Positions 1 through 12,770 of a DNA stretch of 64,000 nt are shown one piece after another. The first letter of the stretch is position 1. The number at the start of each line of letters is the position of its first letter. The position numbers and the translations under genes were made by a program. Below the pieces are notes generated by a model. It worked only from the letters and a program-made list of their open reading frames with translations. It was not told where the DNA came from and did not search any database. Source of the stretch: Coniocarpon cinnabarinum (taxonomy: Eukaryota); NCBI GenBank assembly GCA_051942205.1, contig JAVECO010000127.1:1-64000 (forward strand). The letters run 5' to 3'.

Positions 1-2
1 GT

Positions 3-156
3 GGGACGAGGTGAAGTGGCGGGACGAGGTGAAGTGGCGGGACGAGGTGAAGTGGCGGGACGAGGTGAAGTGGCGGGACGAGGTGAAGTGGCGGGACGAG
101 GTGAAGTGGCGGGACGAGGTGAAGTGGCGGGCGAGGTGAAGTGGCGGGCGAGGTGA
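3..156. repeat. 18-bp G-rich tandem minisatellite (GGGACGAGGTGAAGTGGC), about 7 perfect units plus two 17-bp variants; may continue upstream of the window
   Basis: Repeat units are directly visible from the start of the window. Confidence 0.95.
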
Positions 157-1720
157 CTCGACGGGTAAGTGTAGAATCAACTCTTGCTACCTAAGACTTC
201 TCTTTTAGAGCCAAGTGATGGCGCGGAGATAGGTACGGACGCATGAGTGGATAAATCAATGAATCAAAGACTACAATTCTGTAGCAATGGCCATAATCTG
301 TTGAAAAGCTCCTCCGTCCAACACTTTAGGATTCTGCAAAGCCCATAATGCGCCACAGTGTCACTACTCGCATCAACTTCCGCCAGAGGACCCAGTGAGA
401 AGCAAAGATGATGTGCTCGCCAGGTAATACCGCGTTGTGGATGATACTCACCAATATGCCATTTCTTTTACGACTTTGAAGCTTCTGTCACTCAGTCATC
501 TATCGATGTGATCCTACATGGCTTGAGAATTGCCACGCGTGTAATTCAGTCATATAACGAAACCGACAGCTGGCAGTCTTGCCACCTGCTCGTCCGGCAG
601 CTCGTCGGTAGCCACGCAAGAACAGGGAAGGATTCCTATGGAGAGGAAGAGGAGCCCAAGGGATTGGAGGATGTCATGTAGGGACTTAAAATTGGGTGTA
701 TCGCGTCGAGATACACCGTTCTAGCTGCTGTATACAATGTCGATTACTCTCGCAGAGCTCTGCACATAAGGCCACAACCCTGGCTATACATCGAAGCTCC
801 TGTGCGATTCCAACACGACCTTGCGTCTTGCTCAAGCTCATCGCTCAGGCGAGCGCGATACACTAATTGTACGCTACCGCGTTTTCAAACTTGGCCGCAC
901 CGCGTAGACGTACGGAATATTCGGCCCTACTTGCAGTATCGCTCCGCATCTGCTGCGGGAAGTATGGCACACACCAATTGCTTGGAAGTCCACAAACCAA
1001 TCATTCGCTGCGACCTTGCGCATGATTCAAATGTTTTGCTGCAACGCTGCGTGAGCTAGAAGCTGCGGGCGTTGTGTACATCTTGGAAAAGGTCTACAAC
1101 AAGGTCAGGTATTATCTAGCGTTTGCGCAAGCTTTGAGGCAGATGCGTTGAGCAGGAGACGCAAGAAGGCTGCATGAGGTAACTGCACGTAAGAGTGGGT
1201 GATGCAAGGAGAAGAAATAAAGAAAAGGAAAGTGTACGCGCTGGAGGGAGGGAGATGAGGTCTAGTCAATAGAGAGGGGCTTAGTCTTGCGTAGCAATAC
1301 TGTAGGGACACGCGGGAGCGCACACCCTTTCCAGGGACGGGGTAGAAGCCGCTTCGAGGATTTGGGCGTGACCGCTTAGGGTTCACAGCCCCACCAGATG
1401 AGAGTGTCCCAATGTCTGAGACCCTGTCCAGATGATTTACCCATGAAACTTGACTTTCATCACTGCCAAGGATCTCGACTTCATTTGACTGAAGCCTACC
1501 AATTCTTGAAACGATGCATCAGAAAGCCATCACGGCGGTGTAGCACGCTGATACTCGAGGAGCACTTCAAAGACCCCCTTGCAATCCCGTGTGTTGTCTC
1601 CATTGGTCTGATACCACATACGGTGCTTTCTTCTCAAACCGCTCTCCTGTTGGACCTCTTATCGACCTTGCATAATTTCTTCGGAACTGTGCTCGACGAC
1701 TAGTAGACCCGACCACCGCC

Positions 1721-2499
1721 ATGGCAGGCCAACGAAATTACGACTTCTTAGTGAGTAGCGTCGCTGCGCTCCCAACAATCCATCCTCACTCTGCAGCAGC
1801 TGACAGGACCTGTTACAGATAAAGCTACTCTTGATCGGCGATAGTGGAGTGGGTAAATCATGCTGCCTGCTACGATTCAGTGAAGACTCATTCACACCAT
1901 CTTTCATCACAACTATCGGCATCGACTTCAAAATTCGAACCATTGAACTCGACGGCAAGCGAGTAAAGTTGCAGATATGGGACACAGCCGGCCAAGAACG
2001 CTTCAGAACTATCACCACGGCATATTACCGGGGAGCAATGGGTATCCTGTTAGTGTACGATGTGACAGACGAGCGGTCGTTCCAAAGTACGTACATTTAC
2101 AGACACTCTCGATGGCCTTATTTCCACGACTCGAAACAGTGGACTAACTGACCCCACCTCACAGACATTCGCCAATGGTTCTCCAACGTCGAACAACACG
2201 CCACCGAAGGCGTCAACAAGATCCTCATTGGCAACAAGTGTGACTGGGAAGAGAAGCGAGCCGTCTCCACCGAAGATGGCCAAGCGCTCGCAGACGAGCT
2301 GGGAATTCCTTTCATGGAGGTATCCGCAAAGAGCAACATCAACGTCGAGAATGCCTTCTTCCAACTGGCAAGCGCGATCAAGAAGCGAATTATTGACGAC
2401 AACGCCAAGTCACCAGGCTTTGACGCCCAGGGCAGTCCCGCAGCAAACGTGAATGTCGGAGATCCGAATCAAGCCGCCCCAAAAACTGGATGTTGTTGA
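1721..2499 (+). CDS. SEC4: Rab GTPase, Sec4/Ypt2/Rab8 type; 3 exons (introns about 1751-1818 and 2087-2164)
   Basis: [65 protein letters not shown] and EVSAK motifs, C-terminal CC prenylation site, GT/AG introns. Confidence 0.93.
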
Positions 2500-3781
2500 T
2501 AACGGCTGTTGTGGGAGTGATTTCATCATGCTTAAGACTGGAATCGCGACGGCGTCCGGAGTATGCGCGACTGTCTGATGGGGGTTTTGCGCAGTGCCAT
2601 GCACAGCATGACGCAAGGCGCGCTGGACTGATGGAGGTGGAGGAGCAGCCAATATGTGCAACGTCTCAATACTAATACAACATCTACAGCGCGTCTCTCG
2701 ACAATTTCACGCGTGCCTCACGAACTATAATATGTGCTCGAGATCAAACACCTCGAAAGACAAATACGATCGCGTATTTCAAACTGTGATTGGCACAAGC
2801 AGACGTGTTTAGTTCGAGTTCGTCCGACTTGCTCACTACACAACGATACTTCTTCGGTAAGTCAAAAATACACGAATCAGTGCCACGATTGAGCCTGCTG
2901 CCTGCCTCGCCGTTGCTTCGTGCCATTTCTCCGCTCCTTGACCACCTATGCTTCGTCGTCTTGAACTCACGTCTGCTGCTTTGCATGCTCAGTGCACAAC
3001 CCCAAAACAAGAAAATCTCTTTTCCTGACCTTGGACGCTACGCTCGCCTTCTCAGCAATACGTGCCTTCGCGGGCCAACGACCGCCGCTCAGGTGTGTTT
3101 TTAGGCTACCTACCTCTTCCTGCGTCGCCGGGGAACGTTTGAAGTATGTCTACTTTCTTTCAATCTATGGAGGTTCCCTTAAATTCTTGCACGTCTGATA
3201 TCACCACCCTGAATAGTGCATTGACTGCTGGAGAACTCGCTACACTGTTTGCATGAGACTACGTGCTATTGTTGCTTTCGGACATGAATCGTATGGATGC
3301 TGTATGTGGTGACATAGCTTGAGTGATATGAAAGTGACAAGAGAGTGATATGAGAATTTGGATAAGTGAGATGTGCTAGATGTGTATATCACTGCTGTGC
3401 ATTCGCTATACAACGCCTCGCTAATTGAAGCCATGATGCTTCCCACATTCAAATCGTATTCGCCGTCACGCCGTAGTCAATATCGTACTAAGTCAGAATG
3501 CCAGATCGCAGGTATCTTCCATATGTGCGCGACTCTGCACATCCAATGGTCTCTCCAAATCGCCCATAATAGCTAAATCGCTCATGTTGATCCTTGACCA
3601 ATACTGGTGATCGTCCTTCTTACCCAATCGAAGCGGCGTCTCTTCCCTCGCGAAGAGACATCTTGTCCCATGGCTTTCTGCGTCTCAGAACACGCCCAGC
3701 TCCTGGCTGCTAAGTGATCGTCTGGAACCTCGCTGCTTCTTCACTGTTCGTGGAGCCACGTGTGCCGTACGGCAAGGTCAG

Positions 3782-6700
3782 CTATCCCAGTAACTTCTGC
3801 TTCCTCGGTCTCCGATTCACGGCCTCTTCAAGATCATTCCCCTCACTCGCGTCTTCTCGATCTGCACTTACGTTCTCCTCATCATGACGCTCAGCAGCAA
3901 TGACGCTGAATTCGCTGACGCTCGCGCCCCTTCCATCACCCAGCGTGTTCTGATTCCCACTCACCACCAGCGTTACATACCTCCCACTCCACATTTGCGG
4001 GTTGAGCATCACATCCGTCGTATTCCCTCGATACGGCACCACGCGGTCCACCGTCTCCGCATCGTACGGCGAACTCACCGCCACGGTCTCATCCCGGTGC
4101 ACTTCAACAGATCCCGCATCCAAAGGCGACGCAGACGCATTCGAGAAGACCACAGAATACGAAACGGGCGGGTTCTGCGCCCAGTCGAATTTTAGTGCAG
4201 AGATAGGGAATCGAGCGGAATGGGCGCCGAGATCGATCGTGAGAGAAGAGGTGATGTTGGGATTTGACGGTCGCCAGGAGGTGGAGTGGCCGCCGTCGAT
4301 GGCACTGAGTGGGAATTGGCCGGGCGCGTAACTCGTATTCGACGAAACAGCGGGTGCGCATTGCAGGATATTGCCCGGTTCTGTCAGATTCGCGGAAGTT
4401 GGACGGTTCTTCAATACCAGCGGCTGCGAAGTAGTTAGGTTGTAGATTGTTTTTCGATCAAAAGCGATGGTAACAGGGATGCCATTCTCATGCTCTGGAG
4501 TTCTCGTTTCGATGCTCAACTCTGGGGCTCTGTTTAATGTCGTATGTGTTTGATTGGCGACCGCCTTGACGGCATGACCTTGCCAGTAGGTAGTACGATA
4601 TTTCAGATTCGGAATCTGCGGCGGTAACGACGGATTAACGTTTAAACTCTCGATGCGCAGTCGGAGCCCCAGATATCCAAAGACGTTCACGCGGTAGGCG
4701 CCGCCCATACCCGTCAAGAAGGGGAACGCGGGATTAGTCCCGCCATTGGTATCGTAATCGTCGACGAGCTGCTCTGAAAACTGGAACCACGGCGCACGCG
4801 CGTATGGCTGCGAGGAGTAAAGATCATACGAGAACGCAGCACAGCCAGAGGGCGCAAAGTTACTCGAGACAATCGAGAAGACGCCGTAGGTCATTCCGGG
4901 ACCATTCGGGTCTTGATGGCCCGCGTAGAAGTCAAAGTCATCGAGGGTGTATTCGTTTTGGCGGTCCAGCAAGTCATCAATGAGGACGACGTCAGCCTGT
5001 TTGACGGCGATGGAGCCGTTCATGCCTTGGTACTCGGAAATGATATGAGCGCCGGGATCAGTGGGGATAGCGACGCGATTCGCTTGATAGGCCCAGGTTT
5101 CGTTTTCAGGGAGCCCGAGCAAGCGTGCGTAGAGGTTGGCGTTGTTGAGTGTGTTTGAAATGAGAGCCATGGTGTAAGCGGGGTTATCGATCATATTGGC
5201 GTATTCGTCCGGATCAGTGGCATTACGCAGGAAGTAAGTCCCGGTGTCTTCATTATAGTGGAGGAGGTTGGATTCGGTCTGCGCGACGGAGGAATAAATG
5301 GGGTAGTAGAGGTTGCGAAAGGATTGCTGGTCGCCCGAGACGATGTAGTAGTTTTCGAGCTGCAGGATGATGTCCCCGTTGATGTGGTATTCGTAGTCGA
5401 AACAGGGGCCCGTGCCGGTGCAGTTGCCGAATCGGCCGGAGGTCCAGGGGTAGATGGCGGCGTTGGGAGAGAAGTACGTGTCGTTTTGAGATGATGTGTA
5501 TTTTTCTTGTACATTGTTGCGAGCTGTGGGATATGTATGTACACGATAGTTAGAGATTTGTCGAACTTGCTCTGGGAAAGATACAGTAAGCCCGGGAGAC
5601 ATCCACACTTCGGTGTCCCAGAAGATGAGGCCGGCATAGCTTGATGAGCTTAGTCCGGATACGGGTATGCTGTTGACGGTGAGGTTCTCGTTGCTGCCCA
5701 GTGCCTTGCTAGTGGAGTTGCTGACTAAGTTTTGCAAGAGAAAGAAGGGGTTGACAACGGCAATGATTTGCTCGTGGACGATATTTGGTTCAGAAGAAAG
5801 CGCGCCCGTCTGAGGATCTGCGAAGCTATCAACAGAGTCTGGCGTGAGGAGCGAGTGCCATTCTTTCGCATGACTGGAGAGCATGTTCTGGAAACCTGCT
5901 TGACTTCCCTTGATAGACGCTCCCATTGCGACTTGCTGTGGATCAGCGAACGCATCTGTAGAGGCAACCCCGACATATTTCTCGGCCATGACAGGCTCGC
6001 CAGCCTTCAGATCGACTGCAACTTGCTGCGCGATGCCAGAGCTGTTGGTGCCGATGTATCGAGACTGGTTAACTTCCATTCGTGATCCTTCTATCATATC
6101 GTTTACCTGCATGGTCGAGTAAACGAAAGCGGTAGCGTAAGGAATGTTGTTTGGGGATACTGCGGACCAGATGGTGTTCATACTATTGATGTACTGCTTA
6201 TCTACAAGACTGCTACGGACTGCGCAGTCTCCGTGAAGAGCGTCGACGATGCCCACAGTGGCGTCTTCTGCGGCTGTGACGTTCAACTGAACTGCAGCCT
6301 GGTTCACATAAAGCTTATGGAGAAACATCGCATACGAGACGTCCATTGCGCAAGAGCCGGGCGGTGTCCAAGTGTAATGCCAGGTCATGATACCATTCTT
6401 CATATCCAGACGTGAGCGGAAGTCCGAGATTTGTTGCAGATCTATGGTCGCGTCCAGCACATTGCCGTTGACTTCAAGCAAAAGACCAGCCCAGTGCGGA
6501 AGACCGCTAATGACACTTTCGCCGCCAAGCTCATTAAGCCATTCGAAGTTGGTCATATTAGTGGTGGGCTGGACGTCATAAAATCCACCAACAGTCGCGA
6601 AAGACTGTCTGGCATCGAATAGGGGCCAGCCATTGACACTGACGTCGTCGGTGGGGTCGTCGACGTCGAAGAAAGGCCCCGTTGAAGCGATGTTAATACC

Positions 6701-6919
6701 AATATAGCCATTGGCAAGGTTGCCACGAGACTGGTAATGGCCTCGATCGGGCACTGTGTTTTCGAGGACCCAGTTGTCATTGTCCCAGGTCACGCCTGAA
6801 AAGGCAGTATCATAGGTACCTGATGAGAGGGCGCACACGGCACAAGTATAGGAAAGGAATGCCACAAGAGACGCTAGTAGCGTGGTGGGAGGCTGGTTGT
6901 ACCAATGGTGCCGCGCCAT
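3782..6919 (-). CDS. ATH1: Acid trehalase, glycoside hydrolase family 65, with N-terminal signal peptide and C-terminal F5/8-type C-like domain
   Basis: 1045-aa ORF with hydrophobic N-terminus and the motifs YAGLIFWDTEVW, TDPDEYAN, VKQADVVL and PAFPFLTGMGG. Confidence 0.92.
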   Translation of the reverse strand: MARHHWYNQPPTTLLASLVAFLSYTCAVCALSSGTYDTAFSGVTWDNDNWVLENTVPDRGHYQSRGNLANGYIGINIASTGPFFDVDDPTDDVSVNGWPLFDARQSFATVGGFYDVQPTTNMTNFEWLNELGGESVISGLPHWAGLLLEVNGNVLDATIDLQQISDFRSRLDMKNGIMTWHYTWTPPGSCAMDVSYAMFLHKLYVNQAAVQLNVTAAEDATVGIVDALHGDCAVRSSLVDKQYINSMNTIWSAVSPNNIPYATAFVYSTMQVNDMIEGSRMEVNQSRYIGTNSSGIAQQVAVDLKAGEPVMAEKYVGVASTDAFADPQQVAMGASIKGSQAGFQNMLSSHAKEWHSLLTPDSVDSFADPQTGALSSEPNIVHEQIIAVVNPFFLLQNLVSNSTSKALGSNENLTVNSIPVSGLSSSSYAGLIFWDTEVWMSPGLTVSFPEQVRQISNYRVHTYPTARNNVQEKYTSSQNDTYFSPNAAIYPWTSGRFGNCTGTGPCFDYEYHINGDIILQLENYYIVSGDQQSFRNLYYPIYSSVAQTESNLLHYNEDTGTYFLRNATDPDEYANMIDNPAYTMALISNTLNNANLYARLLGLPENETWAYQANRVAIPTDPGAHIISEYQGMNGSIAVKQADVVLIDDLLDRQNEYTLDDFDFYAGHQDPNGPGMTYGVFSIVSSNFAPSGCAAFSYDLYSSQPYARAPWFQFSEQLVDDYDTNGGTNPAFPFLTGMGGAYRVNVFGYLGLRLRIESLNVNPSLPPQIPNLKYRTTYWQGHAVKAVANQTHTTLNRAPELSIETRTPEHENGIPVTIAFDRKTIYNLTTSQPLVLKNRPTSANLTEPGNILQCAPAVSSNTSYAPGQFPLSAIDGGHSTSWRPSNPNITSSLTIDLGAHSARFPISALKFDWAQNPPVSYSVVFSNASASPLDAGSVEVHRDETVAVSSPYDAETVDRVVPYRGNTTDVMLNPQMWSGRYVTLVVSGNQNTLGDGRGASVSEFSVIAAERHDEENVSADREDASEGNDLEEAVNRRPRKQKLLG

Positions 6920-8582
6920 TGTATTACCAAGGGTGAGATCAGACGAATGTCAGCAGATTTAGCGTATGTGTGTATGGGCCGAGCCTTGCAAAAGGCTCGC
7001 CAATATTGTAGATTCTGGTCTAGAAATACGCAACGCAATTGTCATAAAAGAAGAGTAGCCTTCATATTAAAGGATGCAGAATGAACACCTTTCCGTGCTC
7101 CTCCGCGAGGGTCAGCAGAAAGAGTCAGCCATTGAAAGCGGAGGCGTAGGGGCGAGAAAGATGCGAAAGAGGACAAAGGAAGCAGCATGGTTTCAAGAGG
7201 TCGTAGAATCATACAGCCTCATAGTGAGAGCGGTCACACACGAAGAGGAGGGGGTTGAAGGAGAGGAGTGAAACAGACGTCACTGGAGAGGAGAGACGAC
7301 GTTGTAAGCGAGGGGCCTTTTCTCAATGCGGAAGTTGGTGTAGATGAATCGAGAGGCCAAGACGGCAACAGTTGGCGTGGGCACGTGCTAGCGTCTTCCT
7401 CTTTCTGGCGCGTGTTGACTTGTGACTTTCCATCTCAAACTGTCTTCACCAATTTTCGCCTGTCAGTATGCGGGCAGCTCTGCGAGTCGCTTTTGCAGCT
7501 CGGTAAATCATTTCAGCCATATTTCATGGGGCCAAACGCCGCGATTGAAGATGCCACACTCCGGTGCGCGCTGACGGACCGCAGAGTGTGCTTCCAACCC
7601 CAGGCGGCCCTCTCTGTGCTCAGGAAATCAAGCATACGTGGAATCATCTGCTTTCAGAACAACGCTCTGTGAGGCGGCCCGACTATCACATCTCGTGATC
7701 CTGCTATACCAACACGAGGCTCCAACATCCGGTCGAGGGTGCCGAGCTTGTGCCAAGTGGCAGCTTCGTGAATCCAGTCTCAGGGCCTTTTAGTCCTTCA
7801 TGCAGTCGCAGCGTGTCAGAAGCAGCATCGCAACACGAGAAGACCCCTGCAACCGCCGATCCGCTGACACTGAACAGTTGTATATGTTAGTGCCGTTCTT
7901 ACAGTGGCATCTGCGCTTGCGGCTCTTCTTAGCATTGGTCTGTATGTTACTGTTGCCCACACAACTTACAGCAGGAAGGCGAATCCTATTTAAGCACCTC
8001 AATGTAGTGCAATCAAGGTACTCTGTTTACTGGCCTCTCTAACGCATGTAGCGCTTTACCCGCACAGCAAAATAAAGTCTTAGATAACTGCTGCTGAGCG
8101 TTGCAGAATATGAACCTTACAGATCAGCTCAAAACCACGCACAGATAAATTCTACTCAACTCATACCCCAAGTGATGGCCTACTTGCAGTAGCATCTCGA
8201 TGCCTCATATTTGCAGGTAGCTATGCGAAAACAACTTGTGTTTTAAATGAGTGCTTGCACAGGGTAGGCTTGATGAGTTTGAAGCACGTCCATCTAACAG
8301 TAGGAGAGCACTCTAGATTTCTTCAAAGAATACTACTATATTGCTAGAGTATTAGAAAACAGAGATTTATATATCACTTTAGAAGAAGCAGTTTGCTATT
8401 GAGTAGCGTAAAAGTCGCGTCTGGAGCAATAGCACAAAGCAGATCTGAACAGCATGTTCAAAGTATGAGGATCTCGAAACGCCGACATATCATTGCATTC
8501 TGGTGGCGCTATAAACACCGACATCGCGCTGTCCCCCTCCCCCAACCCATCTCACCCAGCCCACACCACTCTTCCCCTCCCT

Positions 8583-9341
8583 CTACCTCGCGAAACTCAC
8601 ATTGATCCACGTCCCCTGGACCATCTTCCCCCCCAAGTCCCTCACCGCCGCCGCCGCCTCCTCCGAGCCCACCATCTCCACAAACGCAAACCCGCGCTTG
8701 TTCCCCTTGCGTGGGAACACCCGCTCCACCTGCACCACCAAGTGGCGCGCGAACAGCCACATCACGAAACGACGCGCCTCCTCTTGATTGTCCTGGAGGA
8801 GGCCACCCACGAAAAGGCGGCGCGGGCCCTCGGTTTGGGGCGTGCGAGCCCGGCGGAACGAAGGTGCAGGCTCCGGAGAGCGACTGCGACGTGCATTGCC
8901 AGGCGCGTTGGACTCGAAGCGCGCCCGTTTCACCTCAGGACCTCCTGAGATTTGACCGATATGCCCCAGATAGCCGTAGCCCTGTTGGGGAGCCTCAAGG
9001 GCTTCATTGGCGTCTCTCTTTCTCTTATGACTCTGTTCTGCTGACGCGGGATTCTCCCTCTTGTGCTTGCCCTGCTCAAATGCTGTGGCCGATTCTTTTG
9101 CGACTTGCACGCGCAGGTGCCTTCCATTGAACAGGCGTTTAGGCATTTCTTTGAGGGCGCTGTCAATGTCTTTGGGATACTTGAGATCCACAAACGCGTA
9201 GGTTCTGAAGCGTAGAATTTTTTGCACGGGAAAGCCGGAACGGCCGAGGTCGAACTTTTCAAAGTGGTGACGAAGGCGTAATTCGGTGGCATCGCGTGAA
9301 AGAGGTCCAACGTAAAGTCGAGGAACGTGAGTGTTGGACAT
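8583..9341 (-). CDS. Double-RRM RNA-binding protein
   Basis: RRM1 LYVGPL...YAFVDL...LRVQVAK; RRM2 LFVGGL...RGFAFVEM...INVSFAR; first ATG at 9341. An upstream exon cannot be excluded. Confidence 0.75.
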   Translation of the reverse strand: MSNTHVPRLYVGPLSRDATELRLRHHFEKFDLGRSGFPVQKILRFRTYAFVDLKYPKDIDSALKEMPKRLFNGRHLRVQVAKESATAFEQGKHKRENPASAEQSHKRKRDANEALEAPQQGYGYLGHIGQISGGPEVKRARFESNAPGNARRSRSPEPAPSFRRARTPQTEGPRRLFVGGLLQDNQEEARRFVMWLFARHLVVQVERVFPRKGNKRGFAFVEMVGSEEAAAAVRDLGGKMVQGTWINVSFAR

Positions 9342-10506
9342 CTTGGCGTCTGAAAGATGGATAAGCCTCTGCAATCCGTATCAGCCCATATCACGTCCTA
9401 TCAGCAGCATTCAATCATGACCCCTAAGTGTCATCTCTTTCGAAAATATGCAATCTGACCTTGCGGCTGCTTCAGATCCGCTCGACAACCTTCCGCAATT
9501 GTGTGTTGAGGAGCATAGCCACAAGCCCTGGAGGACACAAGAGCAAAGCACAGCTCTTGCAAGTGTAGTAGAGATGTATAGAAGCAATCAATGGCAGGTG
9601 ATGGTTGACGAAGTAGCCAACAAAGAGAGCATGCGGAAGCTGACCACTTTGCAAGTTTCCTGAGGTTGTTGGAGAACGGCATCTTGAATGTATTTGTCGA
9701 GCAAGAGCAGACGAAGCATTCACGAGGCATGGGCAGCAAGGCTTTGACGCAGATGTGAATGAAAAAGAAGAGATATTAGAACTTACTCTTTTCTCGCTTC
9801 GCAGGTGTCGTTGAGGGAGGTTTCGTGTGCAGTTGTTGGAGGCAGAGTGCTGCGGAAGGTCGATAGGATATCAAGTGTCGCGCGTGAGTCGTTTTCGAAG
9901 AGCGAGATTGGTTGATATGCTTGGACTGGGCTTTCCGATTGCTGTAGAACGTAACAGTACGTTATTTCTTTGCTAACGTTGAGAGATTCAGGACGAGGGT
10001 GATGAAGCAGAGAGCGCGTGTAGAAGTGAGAGCATTGAAGTATTGAACTGTCTGGAGAGTGAGAGGCCAGAGGTGATTGCAGGCCTCATCATACCGCAAG
10101 ATTGCGAGGACATGTGCTTCCATCTGATCCTGCATTCTCACGCTGTCGAGACATACCCCACTCTCCCTTACCCTGTGTGGCTGACCATACTTGAGTGATG
10201 AACTCTCTGACTCGTATCTTGGAGGTGAAAGCAGGGTCAGTGGCGCACTGTAGACATCACCAGCACGCACACACACATGTATGCTCTGTGACTGAATCAA
10301 AGTCTTGTCTCATTGATAGCAGCACACCAAAATTGGTAGTGAGCAAACGCAGCGCTCTCGGAGAAGCTTGCGCCTCGCATTTTACGTTGTGGTCATACGC
10401 ATTAAAGTATCCATATGCATCTTTTGGGAAACGCCGAGCTTTGCGCATATTAACTTCCAGACCCTCGACCATCATGCCCTTGCCCAAGAAGTTCTAGGTG
10501 TATGCA

Positions 10507-11353
10507 TCAGGAGCCACTTCCCTTGTAGCTCTTCTTCCCGACGGTGAATGGAACATAACGGTATTTGATCATGTGCTGGATCTGTCGACGCACTATAGTT
10601 TTATTAGCAATGCTCACAGTAAAACTAGTAGCTACCAGCGCCACAATCACTTACTTGTCAACGTAAATAAAATGAGCCAATACACCACAAGTACAGGCCA
10701 GAAGACTGGTACATCAAAGACTCGGAACCAGCTGCATAGGAATCCGATCGCTATTGCCCTCGTTGCTGCATACCAGAACTTGAACTCGGGCAACCTTCTC
10801 ACGAATGGTCGAAACTCTTCATTTTGTTTTGTCGGCAAAGAGTTACCATCCTCCATGTTTTCATCTTGTTCCAGCGACGGGTCAAATTTGGGGGACAGAA
10901 AGGCGAGAAAGAGGTTGAGGAGGTAGATGCCTAACGAATAGGCGACTGGAATCATAGCGTTAGTCGGTGCTGCATGGGACATTGATAAGAAACGACATCA
11001 GTAGATCGTCGATAATCATCGCAATCACCGCTCCACCTCAACATGTCCGTGTGGAAGTATTTGCAAGGCTGCTGCGTACCGATATACCATCCTTGCGCTA
11101 GGACTATCCGCAATGTGAATACACTGACAAGGACGCCGGTGCCGACCCATCGATATGCAGTGAAAGGTGTAGACTTGTCCAGATACGTTTGATATAACTA
11201 TCTTCCTCGTCAGCCTCTAATACCGGTCATGCGTTTCACGCAACCTAGCACAGAAGGGATGGAGAGCAGCGCGCAACAACATACTCTTCCAAACTTCGTT
11301 GTCTGTTCAGAAACAGCCGCAAAGGCACTCGATTCGGGTTCGGGTTCGTTCAT
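10507..11353 (-). CDS. RER1: Rer1 Golgi-to-ER retrieval receptor, multi-exon
   Basis: [27 protein letters not shown]...[17 protein letters not shown]...[14 protein letters not shown]; last exon ends [14 protein letters not shown]; ATG at 11353. Confidence 0.93.
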
Positions 11354-11574
11354 CTTGATCGACTTGCTCGCGCCAGCTGTGTTACTGAGGAAAGGTCAAG
11401 ATAGTCGCAAAGTCGACGCCTGTTGAACTTAAACGCGAAATTATTAGAGCCGCCCTGACGCTAATCCTCAATCCTAAGTAGTAATGCCTTGATCACAAGG
11501 CAGAAACTCTAATCATTGGGGCAAGCGATCGCCACTCTTTCCCACCTCAAGAGGTAAGCAGCAAAGCCCTGGAG

Positions 11575-12518
11575 ATGAATGTGCTTAGACCAAGCACAAG
11601 GTCTGCCTCACGGCAACTGGCATTTCAAGCTCGTGCGCGTGCCCATGTATCTCTGCGTCGCAGCTCGGCCACCGCGAGCAACACCGAGTATGAGCACATT
11701 CTCACCTCCGAACCAAAACCTGGCGTCGGCCTGAGTACGCCTCGAAGCAGCAATTTTCCCCCGCTTAAGCTCACGGTCTATCAGTCACGCTGAATCGCCC
11801 CAAAAAGCTCAATGCGCTCTCCACGCCCCTCTTTCGCGACCTCAATGCCGCCCTCAAATCCTACGATAGCTCCCCCTCCGTCAGCGCCATTGTGCTGACC
11901 GGCTCACACAAAGCCTTCGCGGCCGGCGCTGACATCGCTGAGATGGCACCATTGTCCTTTGGCGAGGCGTATGGCCGAGACTTCATTGCGGACTGGAGTG
12001 CTGTGACAACAACACTGTCGAAGCCGCTGATTAGTGCCGTGAATGGCTATGCGCTCGGAGGTGGATGTGAGCTAGCGATGATGGCAGATATTCTATACTG
12101 CTCGGCAACGGCGCAGTTCGGGCAACCAGAGATCACGCTGGGGACGATACCAGGTGCTGGGGGCTCACAGCGATTGACGAGGGCGATTGGGAAGAGCAAA
12201 GCGATGGAGATGATCTTAACAGGACGCTTCATTGACGGGCGAACAGCGGAAAGTTGGGGATTAGCTGCAAGATGTTACGAGAGTCCGGAACAATGCGTAG
12301 ACGGGGCTGTCGAGGCTGCTGGGAAGATTGCTGGCTTTAGCCGCGTTGCGGTTAAAGCGGGCAAAGAGGTGGTGAACAAAAGCCAAGACCTGGGCGTCAA
12401 AGAGGGCGTGGAGTTTGAGAGAAGGATGTTTCATGGCCTCTTTGGCAGCGACGACCAGAAAATAGGCATGGACGCTTTTGTGAAGAAAGATAAGAATCCA
12501 AAGTGGGAGCATAAGTAG
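11575..12518 (+). CDS. Mitochondrial short-chain enoyl-CoA hydratase (crotonase family); 1 intron near 11735-11784
   Basis: Arg/Ser-rich presequence; LNRPKKLNAL, AFAAGADI, VNGYALGGGCELAMMAD and GQPEITLGTIPGAGGSQRL motifs. Confidence 0.93.
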
Positions 12519-12770
12519 TAGGACGGAGCAAAAATGGGGCAATGTTTGAAGGAATCGTAGTGAGTATACGACTGGAGATTGAGGATTGGCCTCGATATCG
12601 TAATACTATTTCGACCACGACGGCCAATAGACATGGCGGCACATCACTAACTGATATGTAAAAATAGTACCTGTGACAATAGGACATAGGGGCCTGCCAC
12701 GTATAATGTCCACATCTGAGGGTAGAGTGGAAAGGACCAGCAGGCTTGGCCTCAACGTTAGGAGGACAGC

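Noticed and set aside
3..156. CRISPR array or telomere repeat
   Set aside because: Head-to-tail units with no unique spacers, not TTAGGG, and the context is eukaryotic genes.
9431..9739. Short ORFs upstream of the RRM gene as a separate gene or extra exon
   Set aside because: No motif or convincing in-frame splice junction was identified.
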